A stretch of 64,000 bases of DNA, from positions 960 through 64,959 of the forward strand of contig JAXDBC010000094.1 of NCBI GenBank assembly GCA_034679225.1, given 5' to 3'. Position numbers and translations under genes: made by a program. The notes under the pieces were generated by a model. It was given only the letters and a program-made list of their open reading frames with translations, was not told the origin of the DNA and ran no database searches. Positions 1-11,400 of this stretch are shown piece by piece. How positions within the stretch are numbered: position 1 is the stretch's first letter; the number at the start of each line of letters is the position of its first letter. The stretch comes from Bacteroidales bacterium (lineage in GTDB: Bacteria > Bacteroidota > Bacteroidia > Bacteroidales > VadinHA17).

Positions 1-2
1 AA

Positions 3-1274
3 TGCAAGACAGGCGAAATCAAAAAGAATCCTGTACTGACAGAGGCATTCTCGTATGCACGCGACAAGGGAAAGCAGGTTCATTTCATGGGACTGCTATC
101 CGACGGCGGCGTTCACTCATCCGACAGACACCTATACTACCTGTGTGACATGACCGGGGAATATGGTATTAAGGATGTCTTTATTCACGGCTTCGGCGAC
201 GGGCGAGATACAGATCCCCGCAGCGGGAAGGGCTATATGAAGAACCTGCTCGATCACCTTGAGAAATCGAACGGAAGAGTGGCTTCATTCGTTGGCAGGT
301 ATTATGCCATGGACCGCGACAAGCGGTGGGAGAGGATTAAAACAGCCTATGACCTGCTGGTCGCGGGTGAAGGATACAAAACCCGTGATATCCTTGATGC
401 CATGCAGAAATCATACGACGAAGGCGTTACCGATGAATTCATGAAACCGATCTCGGTCGTCGGCGAAAATGGCGAGTCTGTCGGCCTGCTGAAGCCCGGA
501 GATGTTGTGGTCTTCTTCAACTTCAGGAACGACAGGGCAAAGGAACTTACCATAGCCCTTACCCAGAAAGACCTTCCGGAATTCAGTATGAAAACCATAC
601 CCCTGCATTACTGCACGATGACTCCCTATGATGCCACTTTCACGGGACTGCATGTCATTTATCCAAAGGAAAATGCCGACAATACAATAGGAGAAGTTCT
701 TTCGGAAGCCGGAAAGACACAGCTCAGGATAGCAGAGACCGAGAAATACGCTCATGTAACTTTCTTCTTCTCGGGAGGACGTGAAGAGGTTTTCAGGAAT
801 GAGGAGAGGATTCTGATCCCCTCTCCCAAGGTACCCACTTATGACCTGCAGCCCGAGATGAGTGCTTACGGCGTTAAGGATGCTGTTATCGAAGCAATCA
901 ATACAAGGAAATTCGATTTTATCTGCCTGAATTTTGCTAACGGCGATATGGTAGGGCATACCGGTGTTTATGAAGCAATACGGAAAGCCGTGGCAACGGT
1001 TGACGAATGTGTTGGAGCTGTTGTGGATGCAGCGAGGAAGAATGGCTACGACACGCTTATCATAGCCGATCACGGGAATGCCGACAAGGCTCTCAATGAC
1101 GACGGCACTCCAAACACGGCCCACTCGCTTAATCCCGTTCCCTGCATACTTGTAAGCGACAACTATAAAACAATCAGGGAAGGCATCCTGGCCGATGTGG
1201 CTCCAACATTGCTGACTATAATGGACGTGGCGATTCCGGCCGGAATGACGGGGAAGATTCTTATTGACAGATGA
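3..1274 (+). CDS. gpmI: 2,3-bisphosphoglycerate-independent phosphoglycerate mutase (5' end cut by window edge)
   Basis: The frame is open from the window edge to the stop at 1274. Motifs [16 protein letters not shown] and ADHGNA are typical of iPGM. Confidence 0.9.
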   Translation, partial: CKTGEIKKNPVLTEAFSYARDKGKQVHFMGLLSDGGVHSSDRHLYYLCDMTGEYGIKDVFIHGFGDGRDTDPRSGKGYMKNLLDHLEKSNGRVASFVGRYYAMDRDKRWERIKTAYDLLVAGEGYKTRDILDAMQKSYDEGVTDEFMKPISVVGENGESVGLLKPGDVVVFFNFRNDRAKELTIALTQKDLPEFSMKTIPLHYCTMTPYDATFTGLHVIYPKENADNTIGEVLSEAGKTQLRIAETEKYAHVTFFFSGGREEVFRNEERILIPSPKVPTYDLQPEMSAYGVKDAVIEAINTRKFDFICLNFANGDMVGHTGVYEAIRKAVATVDECVGAVVDAARKNGYDTLIIADHGNADKALNDDGTPNTAHSLNPVPCILVSDNYKTIREGILADVAPTLLTIMDVAIPAGMTGKILIDR

Positions 1275-1858
1275 TCCGCATAAACGATATAATTTTCAGT
1301 CTCGACCTGATAGTGAAAAGATTCAGGTGCAACCTGCCGCGCTGCCTCGGGAACTGCTGCCGCTACGGCGATTCGGGAGCACCGGTGGCAAAGGAGGAGA
1401 TCGGGATACTGGACGGGATACTGCCCGCGGTGAAGCCTTATCTCAGGCCTGAAGGACTCAGGACAATTGAAAGGGAAGGAACCAGCGTGGTTGATTTTGA
1501 CGGGGACGTAGTGACACCGTTGATAGGCAATGAAGAATGTGCCTATACCATTTTAGAAGATAATATATTCATGTGCGGTATAGAAAAAGCCTGTCTCGAT
1601 GGAAAAATTTCTTTCAGAAAACCGGTTTCATGCCATCTTTTTCCCGCCAGGGTAAAGTATTTCAAGGATTTCACAGCTGTCAATTACCGGCAGCTTTCAA
1701 TGTGTCACAGTGCCGTTGACACAGGGGAAAAAGAGGATACCCGTGTTTATGAGTTTCTAAAAGAACCTCTGATCAGGGCTTTCGGGGAAGAAACATATAA
1801 GGATCTTTGCATTGCAGCTGAGGAAATCAGGAAAAATCCGGGCCGTTTCGGAGTTTAG
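1271..1858 (+). CDS. Cys-rich conserved hypothetical protein (DUF3109-like, name from memory)
   Basis: 195-aa ORF whose start overlaps the gpmI stop (ATGA at 1271-1274). Cys-rich N-terminus [14 protein letters not shown]. The family assignment is unverified. Confidence 0.6.
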   Translation: MIRINDIIFSLDLIVKRFRCNLPRCLGNCCRYGDSGAPVAKEEIGILDGILPAVKPYLRPEGLRTIEREGTSVVDFDGDVVTPLIGNEECAYTILEDNIFMCGIEKACLDGKISFRKPVSCHLFPARVKYFKDFTAVNYRQLSMCHSAVDTGEKEDTRVYEFLKEPLIRAFGEETYKDLCIAAEEIRKNPGRFGV

Positions 1859-1887
1859 AATAATAATTCAATCAATACTGCAGAATA

Positions 1888-3258
1888 ATGACAAGCATAA
1901 AAACCTTTATCGACACGAACCGCGACAGCTTCCTTGAAGAGTTATTTGAACTGATCCGTATACCATCGATCAGCGCGAAGCCTGAAAATAAGCCCGACAT
2001 GATCAGGGCAGCTGAATTTCTGAGGGATTCGCTTAAGAAAGCAGGCGCCGACAGGGCAGATGTTTTCCCTACTGAAGGGAACCCTGTTGTTTATGCTGAG
2101 AAGATTATTTCCAAGAAGCTTCCTACAGTGTTGGTATACGGCCATTATGACGTTCAGCCCGCGGAACCTTTCGATCTGTGGAACTCGCCTCCCTTCGAGC
2201 CTGAAGTGCGCGACGGCAGGATATGGGCCAGGGGAGCTGACGACGACAAGGGCCAGCTGTTTATGCATGTGAAGGCTTTCGAATTCATGACAAGCACGGG
2301 AACGCTTCCATGCAACGTGAAATTCATGATAGAGGGAGAGGAGGAAATAGGATCGGTCAGCCTGGAGAAATTCTGCCGCGACAATAAAAAGATGCTTGAA
2401 GCCAATGTGATCCTCATATCCGACACAACAATGATAGCCCCCGATATCCCTTCAATAACTACGGGGCTCAGGGGTCTTTCGTACGTTCAGGTTGAGCTGA
2501 GCGGACCCGGTCACGACCTGCACTCGGGAATATACGGCGGAGCTGTACTTAACCCCTGCAATGTGCTCTGCGACATGATAGCATCGCTCAGGGACAAAAA
2601 CGGGCGTATTGTCATCCCGGGTTTCTACGATGATGTGCTGACCGTAGGCAGGAAGGAACGGGATGCCATGGCTCTGCGGCCTTTCGACAGGGAAAAATAC
2701 ATGAAGTCGATAGGAGTTGACGACCTTGGAGGTGAAAAAGGCTTTACCGACCTTGAACGCACGGGGATCAGACCGACACTCGACATAAACGGGATATGGG
2801 GAGGGTTCACCGGCGAAGGTACTAAAACCATCATCCCTTCAAAGGCAGGCGCCAAAATCTCAATGAGACTGGTACCTGATCAGAAGGCTGAAAAGATAGC
2901 CGGGCTTTTCAGGGATCATTTCCTGTCGATAGCTCCCTCAGGGGTTAAGGTGAAGGTTGAGTATCTTCACGGCGGTGAAGCTTATGTCAGCCCTCCCGAC
3001 ACACCCGAGTACCAGGCTGCCGCCCTTGCGATGGAAGAATCTTTCGGCAAAACGCCAATCCCGGTCCGGAGCGGTGGAAGCATTCCAATCGTTTCAACAT
3101 TCGAAAGAGTGTTAGGAATAAAATCTATCCTGATGGGATTCGGTCTTGACAGTGATGCCATTCATTCCCCGAATGAAAACTTTCCGCTTTTCAATTTTTT
3201 CAAGGGAATCGAAACGATACCACTGTTCTATGCCAATTATTCAAGGCTGAAAAGCTGA
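1888..3258 (+). CDS. M20 family dipeptidase/deacylase
   Basis: 456 aa with motifs GHYDVQP, RGADDDKGQ and EGEEEIGS, the metal ligands of ArgE/DapE/ACY1/CPG2-type peptidases. Confidence 0.85.
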   Translation: MTSIKTFIDTNRDSFLEELFELIRIPSISAKPENKPDMIRAAEFLRDSLKKAGADRADVFPTEGNPVVYAEKIISKKLPTVLVYGHYDVQPAEPFDLWNSPPFEPEVRDGRIWARGADDDKGQLFMHVKAFEFMTSTGTLPCNVKFMIEGEEEIGSVSLEKFCRDNKKMLEANVILISDTTMIAPDIPSITTGLRGLSYVQVELSGPGHDLHSGIYGGAVLNPCNVLCDMIASLRDKNGRIVIPGFYDDVLTVGRKERDAMALRPFDREKYMKSIGVDDLGGEKGFTDLERTGIRPTLDINGIWGGFTGEGTKTIIPSKAGAKISMRLVPDQKAEKIAGLFRDHFLSIAPSGVKVKVEYLHGGEAYVSPPDTPEYQAAALAMEESFGKTPIPVRSGGSIPIVSTFERVLGIKSILMGFGLDSDAIHSPNENFPLFNFFKGIETIPLFYANYSRLKS

Positions 3259-3433
3259 TTCAGGCTTTCTTTTCTGCTTCCTGAGGTCTTGTAAATTACC
3301 GGATAAGTAGACAATTGACCCGGGATACTGTAGAATTATTCTGCTCGATTTACGTATTATATGCTGCTTTCCGGAAAAGTTGCATTTTATTGCTGAAAAC
3401 AAATAAAAAATTTTGTTTTTATTACTAAAATCT

Positions 3434-3441
3434 TATCTTTG
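3434..3441 (+). promoter_or_regulatory. Bacteroidota-type -7 promoter box (TAnnTTTG) for SusC-1
   Basis: TATCTTTG lies 35 nt upstream of the ATG at 3476. A parallel box sits upstream of SusC-2. Confidence 0.45.
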
Positions 3442-3475
3442 GAATGTTTACACATCAAACCTAATACCAAATCGT

Positions 3476-6400
3476 ATGAAGAAACTATTACTAATGATCT
3501 TATTGTTTGTGTTTGCAGGAGTCACGACCCTGTTCGCGCAGACAAGGGTAATCTCAGGGACCATCACCTCCACGGTGGAGGGAGAAGGCCCGATACCTGG
3601 CGTCACAGTACAGGTTAAGGGAACTACAATAGGTGCAGTAACCGATTCAAACGGTCGTTACTCAATAACGGTACCGGCCGATGCTACTACCCTCGTGTTT
3701 TCATATATAGGCATGAAATCCCAGGAGGTTGCGATAGGTAACCGCACTGAAATAAGTGCTGTCCTTGAATCTGATCTCGTGGGATTAGATGAAGTTGTTG
3801 TGACAGCACTCGGGATTTCAAGGGAAAAGAAAGCTTTGGGATATACCGTTCAGGATGTTAAAGGGGAAGATCTGGTTAAAGCCTCAAACCCTAATGTAAT
3901 GACATCGCTTTCCGGTAAGATTGCCGGGGTTGAAATACGTCAGTCCTCCGGAATGCCCGGAGCACCATCTCAGGTGCTAATCAGGGGTGCCCGTTCTTTT
4001 AGTGGTGACAACAGTCCCTTGTATGTAATTGACGGTATGCCTATTTCAAGTGGAAGCGACTATGGTTCAAATGTTACAGGTACAGCCTTCTCGAACAGGG
4101 CAATGGACCTTGATCCAAATGAAATTGAATCAATAAACGTGCTTAAAGGTCAGGCTGCTGCTGCACTTTACGGACTAAGGGCATCCAATGGAGTTATTAT
4201 CATAACTACCAAAAAAGGAAAAGGATCAGCCATGGGGAAACCGGTTGTGACTTTTTCTTCGAATTTTACGGCTGACGTTGTCTCGCGGTTTCCTGAAATG
4301 CAGACAGAATTCGCTCAAGGTACCAATGGAAATTTTGCAGTCGGGAATAGTTATGCTTGGGGTCCGCTGATTAGCAGTTTGCCTGAAGTTGCTGTTTATG
4401 GAGGTAATTCCCAGGGTCAGTCAGGGAGGTTTTTCGATCCCTATAAAAATGAATGGGTAACTCCAATGGGATATAATAACCCTAAAAACTTCTTCACTGA
4501 TAATGGATATACCTATAATAACAGTATTAATATCAGTGGAGCAAATCAGTATGGGAACTATTCTGTTGGTTTTGGAGCAACAAACCAGACAGGCATTATT
4601 CCCAGCACTGGTATGGATAGGTACACTGCAAAGATGGCAGGTGATTTTAAGTTAGCTGATAAATGGAATATAGGTTTTTCAGGGAATTACGCTGATATTA
4701 AAATAGATAAACTTCCTTCAGGTAATGACAGCTGGTTATTTGCAGTGTATGGATCTCCGCCTTCGTTCGATCTGATGGGGACACCATTTTGTGTATCGGA
4801 CGGATCGTTTGCCCCGTACAGGCAGATAAGCTACAGATCTGGTGTTGGCGTTAACCCCAGGTGGGCTACACTGAATAATCATTATAATGAAAATACCAAG
4901 CGCTTTTTCGGAAATACATATTTGGAATTCAAACCAGCAACCTGGGCCAGTATTAAATATCAGATTGGAATAGATAGCTATACGACTAACAATGAAGATT
5001 ACCAGGAAGTGGGTCATTCCAACATGATATCAACTGCAGCAACATTACCCACTCCGACAAACCGGAATTATGCTTTTGTGCAGCCCACAGGTGGTCGAAT
5101 AAATAACTATGGTGTAACTCGCAGAATCGTCAACTCTCTTTTGACAGCGTCATTTAACCATCAGTTTGGAGAATTTATTGATGCCTCACTTTTAATTGGA
5201 AATGAGATTGACCACAACCATAGCGAATACTACGATGCACTTGGTACTGGATTTACAACGCCTGGCTGGAATAGCATGGCAAATACAACAACTCAGACTA
5301 ACGCATATAATAAGTATAACAGACGTACAGCAGGCTTCTTCGGAAACCTTTCAGTTGACTTCAGGGACATGCTTTTCTTTAATGCAACGGGTCGCTATGA
5401 TATCGTTTCTTCCATGCCTACCGGCAATCGTGGCTTCTTCTATCCCTCGGTTTCCTTAGGTTTTGTCTTTACTGAACTGGAACCGCTCGTTGATAACCAA
5501 ATCGTTTCATTTGGAAAGTTGAGGGCTTCATATGCTGAAGTCGGACAAGCTTCATCATCTTATCTGCCGGAACCTATCTTTGTTACCGGGGGCGCAGGAA
5601 GCGGATTCCTTAGTTATGGTATTTCGTATCCTTTTGGTGGCATATCAGGATATAAGCCGAGCCGAACTTTGTACGACCCTAACCTTGTTCCGCAAAACAC
5701 TGCTAACATTGAATTCGGTGTTGAACTGAAATTCTTCCAGAACAGGCTGGGTTTTGACTACAGCTACTATTTCCAAAATGCTACAGATCAAATCTTTGGC
5801 GTACCTCTCGCCGGATCGAGCGGATATGGCTCACTAATGATGAATGCTGGTCACATGCAAACAAGAGGTCATGAGCTTATTTTCAATGTCTCGCCAATAA
5901 TTGTCAGAAACTTTGCATGGAATATAGGAGTTAACTTTACAAAGTCTGTTTCCGAGGTTATAGAACTTGCAGAAGGGGTTGAGAATATATCACTTGGAGG
6001 ATATGTAACACCAAACATCAGGGCATCTGCCGGAGATACTTATCCGGTGATCTACGGAGAATCATTTGTTCGTGATAACAAAGGGAGGATATTGGTGAAT
6101 GAAAATCCCAGTTCACCCGGATATGGAATGCCTATGATCGGTGAATTCAAGAAAATTGGTGAAGTTTCTCCGGATTTTATTCTTGGATTAACGAATTCTT
6201 TTAAATTGTTCAATTTTCTTGAAATTTTCGGTAACGTCGAATGGAAACAGGGTGGACAAATATACTCAGGTACGAATCGTTTGATGGATCTCTATGGAAC
6301 AACAAAGAAAACTGGTGAAGGAAGAAAGGGTAAATTTATTTATCCGGGGTACAAGTCCGATGGGACTCCAAATAATATAGAAAGAGGTGGTTCAGATGAT

Positions 6401-6709
6401 TCGAATGCTTTTCAGTATCTCCAGACAACGATACTATCCAGCCTTCCCGAAGCTAATATTTATGAAACTTCTTTCGTGAAGATCAGGGATCTGGGTGTGA
6501 ATATTACAATACCCAGAAAGTTTACTACTCCTATTCTTATTCAACGGGCCAGTATAGGATTTGTAGCCCGTAATATTCTGCTTTGGACAACTCTGCCCAA
6601 CCTCGATCCGGAAACATCACAGGGACAGGGTAATATGCAGGGCGGCATGGACTATATGTCATTGCCGCAAACTACCTCATTTGGGGTTAATCTAAACCTT
6701 ACCTTCTAA
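3476..6709 (+). CDS. SusC/RagA family TonB-linked outer membrane protein (paralog 1)
   Basis: Signal peptide MKKLLLMILLFVFAGVTTLFAQ starts at the internal ATG 3476; the ORF-track start 3413 is an upstream extension. It has a carboxypeptidase-regulatory-like N-domain and plug motifs VVVTALGISREKKALGY and LKGQAAAALYGLRASNGVIIITTKKG. The C-terminal residue is F, and a SusD-like gene follows. Confidence 0.9.
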   Translation: MKKLLLMILLFVFAGVTTLFAQTRVISGTITSTVEGEGPIPGVTVQVKGTTIGAVTDSNGRYSITVPADATTLVFSYIGMKSQEVAIGNRTEISAVLESDLVGLDEVVVTALGISREKKALGYTVQDVKGEDLVKASNPNVMTSLSGKIAGVEIRQSSGMPGAPSQVLIRGARSFSGDNSPLYVIDGMPISSGSDYGSNVTGTAFSNRAMDLDPNEIESINVLKGQAAAALYGLRASNGVIIITTKKGKGSAMGKPVVTFSSNFTADVVSRFPEMQTEFAQGTNGNFAVGNSYAWGPLISSLPEVAVYGGNSQGQSGRFFDPYKNEWVTPMGYNNPKNFFTDNGYTYNNSINISGANQYGNYSVGFGATNQTGIIPSTGMDRYTAKMAGDFKLADKWNIGFSGNYADIKIDKLPSGNDSWLFAVYGSPPSFDLMGTPFCVSDGSFAPYRQISYRSGVGVNPRWATLNNHYNENTKRFFGNTYLEFKPATWASIKYQIGIDSYTTNNEDYQEVGHSNMISTAATLPTPTNRNYAFVQPTGGRINNYGVTRRIVNSLLTASFNHQFGEFIDASLLIGNEIDHNHSEYYDALGTGFTTPGWNSMANTTTQTNAYNKYNRRTAGFFGNLSVDFRDMLFFNATGRYDIVSSMPTGNRGFFYPSVSLGFVFTELEPLVDNQIVSFGKLRASYAEVGQASSSYLPEPIFVTGGAGSGFLSYGISYPFGGISGYKPSRTLYDPNLVPQNTANIEFGVELKFFQNRLGFDYSYYFQNATDQIFGVPLAGSSGYGSLMMNAGHMQTRGHELIFNVSPIIVRNFAWNIGVNFTKSVSEVIELAEGVENISLGGYVTPNIRASAGDTYPVIYGESFVRDNKGRILVNENPSSPGYGMPMIGEFKKIGEVSPDFILGLTNSFKLFNFLEIFGNVEWKQGGQIYSGTNRLMDLYGTTKKTGEGRKGKFIYPGYKSDGTPNNIERGGSDDSNAFQYLQTTILSSLPEANIYETSFVKIRDLGVNITIPRKFTTPILIQRASIGFVARNILLWTTLPNLDPETSQGQGNMQGGMDYMSLPQTTSFGVNLNLTF

Positions 6710-6729
6710 ATCATTTAATAGAAAACAAA

Positions 6730-8175
6730 ATGAAAATATTAAGATATTTATTGACAGCTTCAATCGCATTCATGCTTTTTGCTTGCACTGAAGACATAAT
6801 GGATGAGGTAAACAAAGATCTGAATAACACCACTCAGATGGATGCTAAGAACCTGCTTCCTGATATCATCCTTAAAACCGCTCATGAGACCACCGGAACA
6901 GATCTGGCCTGGTATGCAACTGTGTTTATTGAGCATAGTGCCGGTACATGGGCACAGTCATCCGATGCTGACAGAAGAGAAGGACAGTCGGCATCCACCT
7001 ATAACAATTCATGGAACAATCTTTACAATGTTCTTACGATATGTAAGTCTGTCCTTAGTAAGACTGATCCTGTAACAGGCATTGAACCTGACAACTATTG
7101 GGTGCGTGGGGTCACACAAATCCTTACAGCCTACAATCTTGCAGTTGCAACAGATTTCTGGGGGGAGATTCCCTGGACTGAGGCTTGCTTGGGACTTGAG
7201 AACCTAAAACCAAGATATGAGAATCAATCCGTCATATATGGATACATTTTTGAGCTTCTAGATGATGCAATTGTCAACCTGGATAAAGCAACCCTGGTTA
7301 ATCTTGATAAGGATTACATATTCGGAGGTCTGGCAGATGATGATAAAAACAAAGATGCATGGATAAAGACAGCTAATTCATTAAAGGCTCGTTATCTTGT
7401 TCGGCTTTCAGGAGTACAACCAGATAACCTTACTCAGGTTATGGATCTGGTTAACAATGGATTTGCAAGTAATGCAGAGGCTTGTATGTTTAATAAATAT
7501 GAAGCTTCATTTTCCAAAGCGAATCCCTGGTGGGAATTCAGGTACTATAGAGCCCATCTTTCAGTATCTCAAACTTTACTCGGATTGATGGAGGAAAGAG
7601 CAGATCCAAGAAGAGCGGTTTACTTTACCCAAATAGGTGGGGAGTTTGTCGGTGCTCCAAATGGTACCGCATTGGAAGTTCAGTCTGGAATTTACTCACG
7701 GTCTAGATTTACAGCTGCCAATTCACTTTTCTGTATGACGCAGCCTACACCGATAATGACTTATTATGAACTGAAATTCCTTGAGGCAGAAGCTAAACAA
7801 AAGACTGACGATGATACCTGGATTACAGCTCTTGAGGAGGCTATTGAAGCTTCATTCCTGTCAAAAGGACTAACTTCCGAGGAGGCTGAAACATACTTTA
7901 CTGATGTTGTAACTCCGCTGCTTACCGATAATGAGCTGAATGAGATACTTATCCAGAAATACATTGCCATGTATGAAGCTGAGGCAATGGAATCATATCA
8001 TGACTACCGGAGGACAGGAGTTCCTACAATGAATAATCCCAATAATACTACAAAAGGCTTTATCCACAGGCTTCCTTTCGCTTTGAGCGATGTGTCCTCC
8101 AACGGCGAAAACGTGCCTAATGTTAATATTTTTAGTGATAAAGTGTGGTGGGCTGGTGGACAGGAAAAACTCTGA
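6730..8175 (+). CDS. SusD/RagB family nutrient-binding outer membrane lipoprotein (1)
   Basis: 481 aa with lipobox MLFAC, immediately 3' of SusC-1. Carries a C-terminal YHDYRRTGVP motif. Confidence 0.85.
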   Translation: MKILRYLLTASIAFMLFACTEDIMDEVNKDLNNTTQMDAKNLLPDIILKTAHETTGTDLAWYATVFIEHSAGTWAQSSDADRREGQSASTYNNSWNNLYNVLTICKSVLSKTDPVTGIEPDNYWVRGVTQILTAYNLAVATDFWGEIPWTEACLGLENLKPRYENQSVIYGYIFELLDDAIVNLDKATLVNLDKDYIFGGLADDDKNKDAWIKTANSLKARYLVRLSGVQPDNLTQVMDLVNNGFASNAEACMFNKYEASFSKANPWWEFRYYRAHLSVSQTLLGLMEERADPRRAVYFTQIGGEFVGAPNGTALEVQSGIYSRSRFTAANSLFCMTQPTPIMTYYELKFLEAEAKQKTDDDTWITALEEAIEASFLSKGLTSEEAETYFTDVVTPLLTDNELNEILIQKYIAMYEAEAMESYHDYRRTGVPTMNNPNNTTKGFIHRLPFALSDVSSNGENVPNVNIFSDKVWWAGGQEKL

Positions 8176-8197
8176 TGTGATATTTGCTTGATATTAG

Positions 8198-8230
8198 AAA
8201 AAGGGGCTGTTCTAAAACGGCCCCTTTTTC
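8198..8230 (+). terminator. Intrinsic terminator after SusD-1
   Basis: AAAAGGGGC / GCCCCTTTT stem with a 12-nt loop, followed by a T-run, 23 nt after the stop. Confidence 0.6.
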
Positions 8231-8418
8231 GTGTATATGTAATGAGCAATTTCTAAATGATTAATGCCTTTTATACAAAAAAGTTGTTAATCCGTCACTT
8301 TACCTGAGGGTTATCGGTATTCATAGCTATAGATTATTTGTATTTCAAAAACCCGGAAAAATTTTGTTAATAATAATTAATAAAAAAACAATACGATGAA
8401 TTTTTTTCAGAAATCAAT

Positions 8419-8426
8419 TATATTTG
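8419..8426 (+). promoter_or_regulatory. Bacteroidota-type -7 promoter box (TAnnTTTG) for SusC-2
   Basis: TATATTTG lies 32 nt upstream of the ATG at 8458. The string TCAAACCTAA between box and ATG is shared with SusC-1. Confidence 0.45.
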
Positions 8427-8457
8427 CTTGTTACATTCAAACCTAAATTAATCTCTT

Positions 8458-11400
8458 ATGAAGAAACTATTACTGATGATTGTCTTGTTTGTGTTTGCAG
8501 GAGTCACGACCCTGTTCGCGCAGACAAGAGTAATTTCAGGGACCATCACCTCCGCAGTGGAGGGAGAAGGCCCGATTCCTGGTGTTACGGTACAGGTAAA
8601 GGGCACTACTATCGGTGCTGTTACTGATGCAAACGGACGCTACTCCATAAATGTACCGGCAAATGCCACTACCCTCATGTTTTCATATATCGGTATGAAA
8701 ACGCAGGAAGTTGCAATAGGAAACCGCAGTGAGATAAACGCGGTACTCGAATCCGATCTAGTGGGATTGGATGAGGTTGTTGTTACGGCACTCGGTATTT
8801 CCCGTGAGAAAAAGGCTCTTGGTTATGCTGTTCAGGATGTGAAAGGTGAAGAACTTGCAAAGGTTCGTACCACCAACCTGATCGGTTCACTGTCCGGTCG
8901 TGTTGCAGGTGTTCAGATCACTTCTGCTACCGGTCAGATGGGTGGCGGCGCCAAGATTAATATCCGCGGGAACACCTCTCTTACAAAGAACAACCAGCCC
9001 TTGTTCGTTGTGGACGGTATTCCTATAGATAACTCCGACTACTCGTACGGTGCAACAGGTGGAGGAGGTTATGACCTCGGTAACCTTGCATCCGATATCA
9101 ATCCCGACGATATCGAATCAATGACGGTTCTTAAGGGAGCAAGTGCTTCGGCTCTTTACGGTTCAAGAGCTGCCAACGGTGTTGTGATGGTAACTACCAA
9201 AAAGGGAAGATCCACGGCCGAAAAGGCATTTGGTGTATCAGTCAACTCAAGCGTAAGCTTTGAGGAAGCCAAGTACTACCCGAAATACCAGAAGCTCTAT
9301 GGAGGCGGCTACGGCGGATTCAATGAAATAACTATCAACGGTAAGGACTATCTGTATCCTTCGTACGAAATTGACGAAAGCTGGGGTCCGAAACTTGATC
9401 CTTCAGTTATGGTACTTCCCTGGAATGCATTCTTTGAATATGATACAAAGAACTACCTTAAGGAGGTTCCGTGGGTATATCCTGAAAATGATTACACCTA
9501 TTTCTTTAACAGGGGTGTTAATTATACCAATAACATTGCCGTTAATGCAAGCAATAACAGGGGGGGGCTCCGCGCTTCATTCACCAATATGGACGTGAAG
9601 GGTATTTATCCCAATAGTTCTCTCAAGAAGAACACCGTCAACCTGAGCGGGAACATAAATGTCAACAAAAATCTCGATTTCTGGCTGAATGCAAACTATG
9701 TTCAGAACGTTGCAGTTGGTCGTCCCGAAACCGGTTACGGCGACAGGAACCCTGTTCAGAAAATGTGGCAGTGGATCCACACGAACGTTGATTACAAGGA
9801 CCTTGAGAATTATAAAACTCCCGGTGGAGACCAACGCACATGGAACAGGAACTGGTACGACGATCCGACACCTGCCTATACAGATAACCCATACTGGTCA
9901 AGTTATGAAAACTATGAAAATGACAGGCGCGACCGTTTCTACGGAAACTACGGAATTGACCTCAAGTTCACTCCCTGGCTAAAGCTGACCGGAAGGATGG
10001 GGATTGACTACTACAAGCTTCTTACCGAGGAAAGAATGGCTATCGGCTCGCAGTCTACTTCAGAATATTACAAGAGCGTTTATACCAATAATGATGTCAA
10101 CACGGAATTCTTCTTCACTATAGACAAGAGATTCGGCGGAGATAAGTTCGGAATCACAGCCCTTTTAGGAGGCAACCGTCTTGACAGGAAGTACTACAGG
10201 GATGGCGGTATTTCAATCGGCGGACTTATGATCCCCGGCCTGTACAGCCTTTCCAACTCATTCAACAAACCAAGCGTTTATGACTACAAGTCATGGAAGA
10301 GAATCAACAGCCTCTATGCAAACGCGAGCTTCGATTACAACCGCACTATTTTCCTCGAGCTTACCGGACGTAATGACTGGTCATCCACTCTTCCCCAAAA
10401 ACACCGCTCATACTTCTATCCGTCAGCTACCCTCAGCTTCGTGCTCTCTGAACTGGGCGGTCTCAAGGACAACAACGTTCTTTCATTTGCCAAGCTTCGT
10501 GGAGGCGTTGCACAGGTTGGTAACGATACAGGTCCTTACGACCTTCTTAATTATGTGAGCCTAAATACTTCATTTACAGATGTCTACGGGGTACTTAATC
10601 CAAGAATGGGATTCTCCAGCACCCTTGCAAATGCAGGACTCAAGCCCGAAAAAACCAATTCGTGGGAAATAGGTGCTGAATTCAGATTCTTCCAGGACAG
10701 GATTAACCTCGACGTTTCCTACTATTACAAGGAAACTCTCGATCAGATTGTTCCTGTAAGAGTATCAGGAGCAACAGGGTACGGTTTCAAGAATATAAAT
10801 GCCGGTAAAATGGTGAATAAAGGTATCGAAGTTGCACTTGGCGGTACTGTTGTAAGGGCAGGTGACTTTTCATGGGACTTGATGCTGAACGTGGCAACTC
10901 TCGACAATACTGTTGAGGAGATAGGCCCCGGCCTCGATTACCTGACTCTCGGAAGCGGTCCTTTCAAAGTGCAGAGTGGTGCTTTCCGTGGTATGACCTA
11001 CCCGATCATCTATGGAACAGATTATGTAAAGGATGCGCAGGGCAATACGATCGTTGGCCTGGCCGGAAACTATCTGCCTTCAGAGATCAAACCACTTGCG
11101 AAAGTTACCCCGGATCTCACTGCCGGTTTGACAAACACCTTCAGATTCAAGGGTTTTGACCTTAACGTCTTGTTTGATGCCCAGAGAGGCGGTAACATGT
11201 ATTACCTGTCATATATGTGGGGAATGTACTCAGGAATTATTGAGGAATCAGCCGCTATCAATGAGAACGGTAAGAATATAAGGGATGATGTTGCTGATGG
11301 AGGAGGCGTTCTTCTTGATGGAGTATACGGATCATACAACAGCGTGACCGGTGAGATCACATATCTCACAGCTGAAGGTGGTATAAGCAATTCGCCGGTA

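Noticed and set aside
411-1124. 237-aa minus-strand ORF inside gpmI. Similar antisense ORFs occur at 12750-13280, 14106-14639, 17428-18042, 20926-21576, 40038-40965, 49845-50396, 54817-55419, 58817-59452 and 60622-61353.
   Set aside because: Each lies fully inside a confidently identified gene on the other strand and has no recognisable motif. These are typical shadow ORFs.
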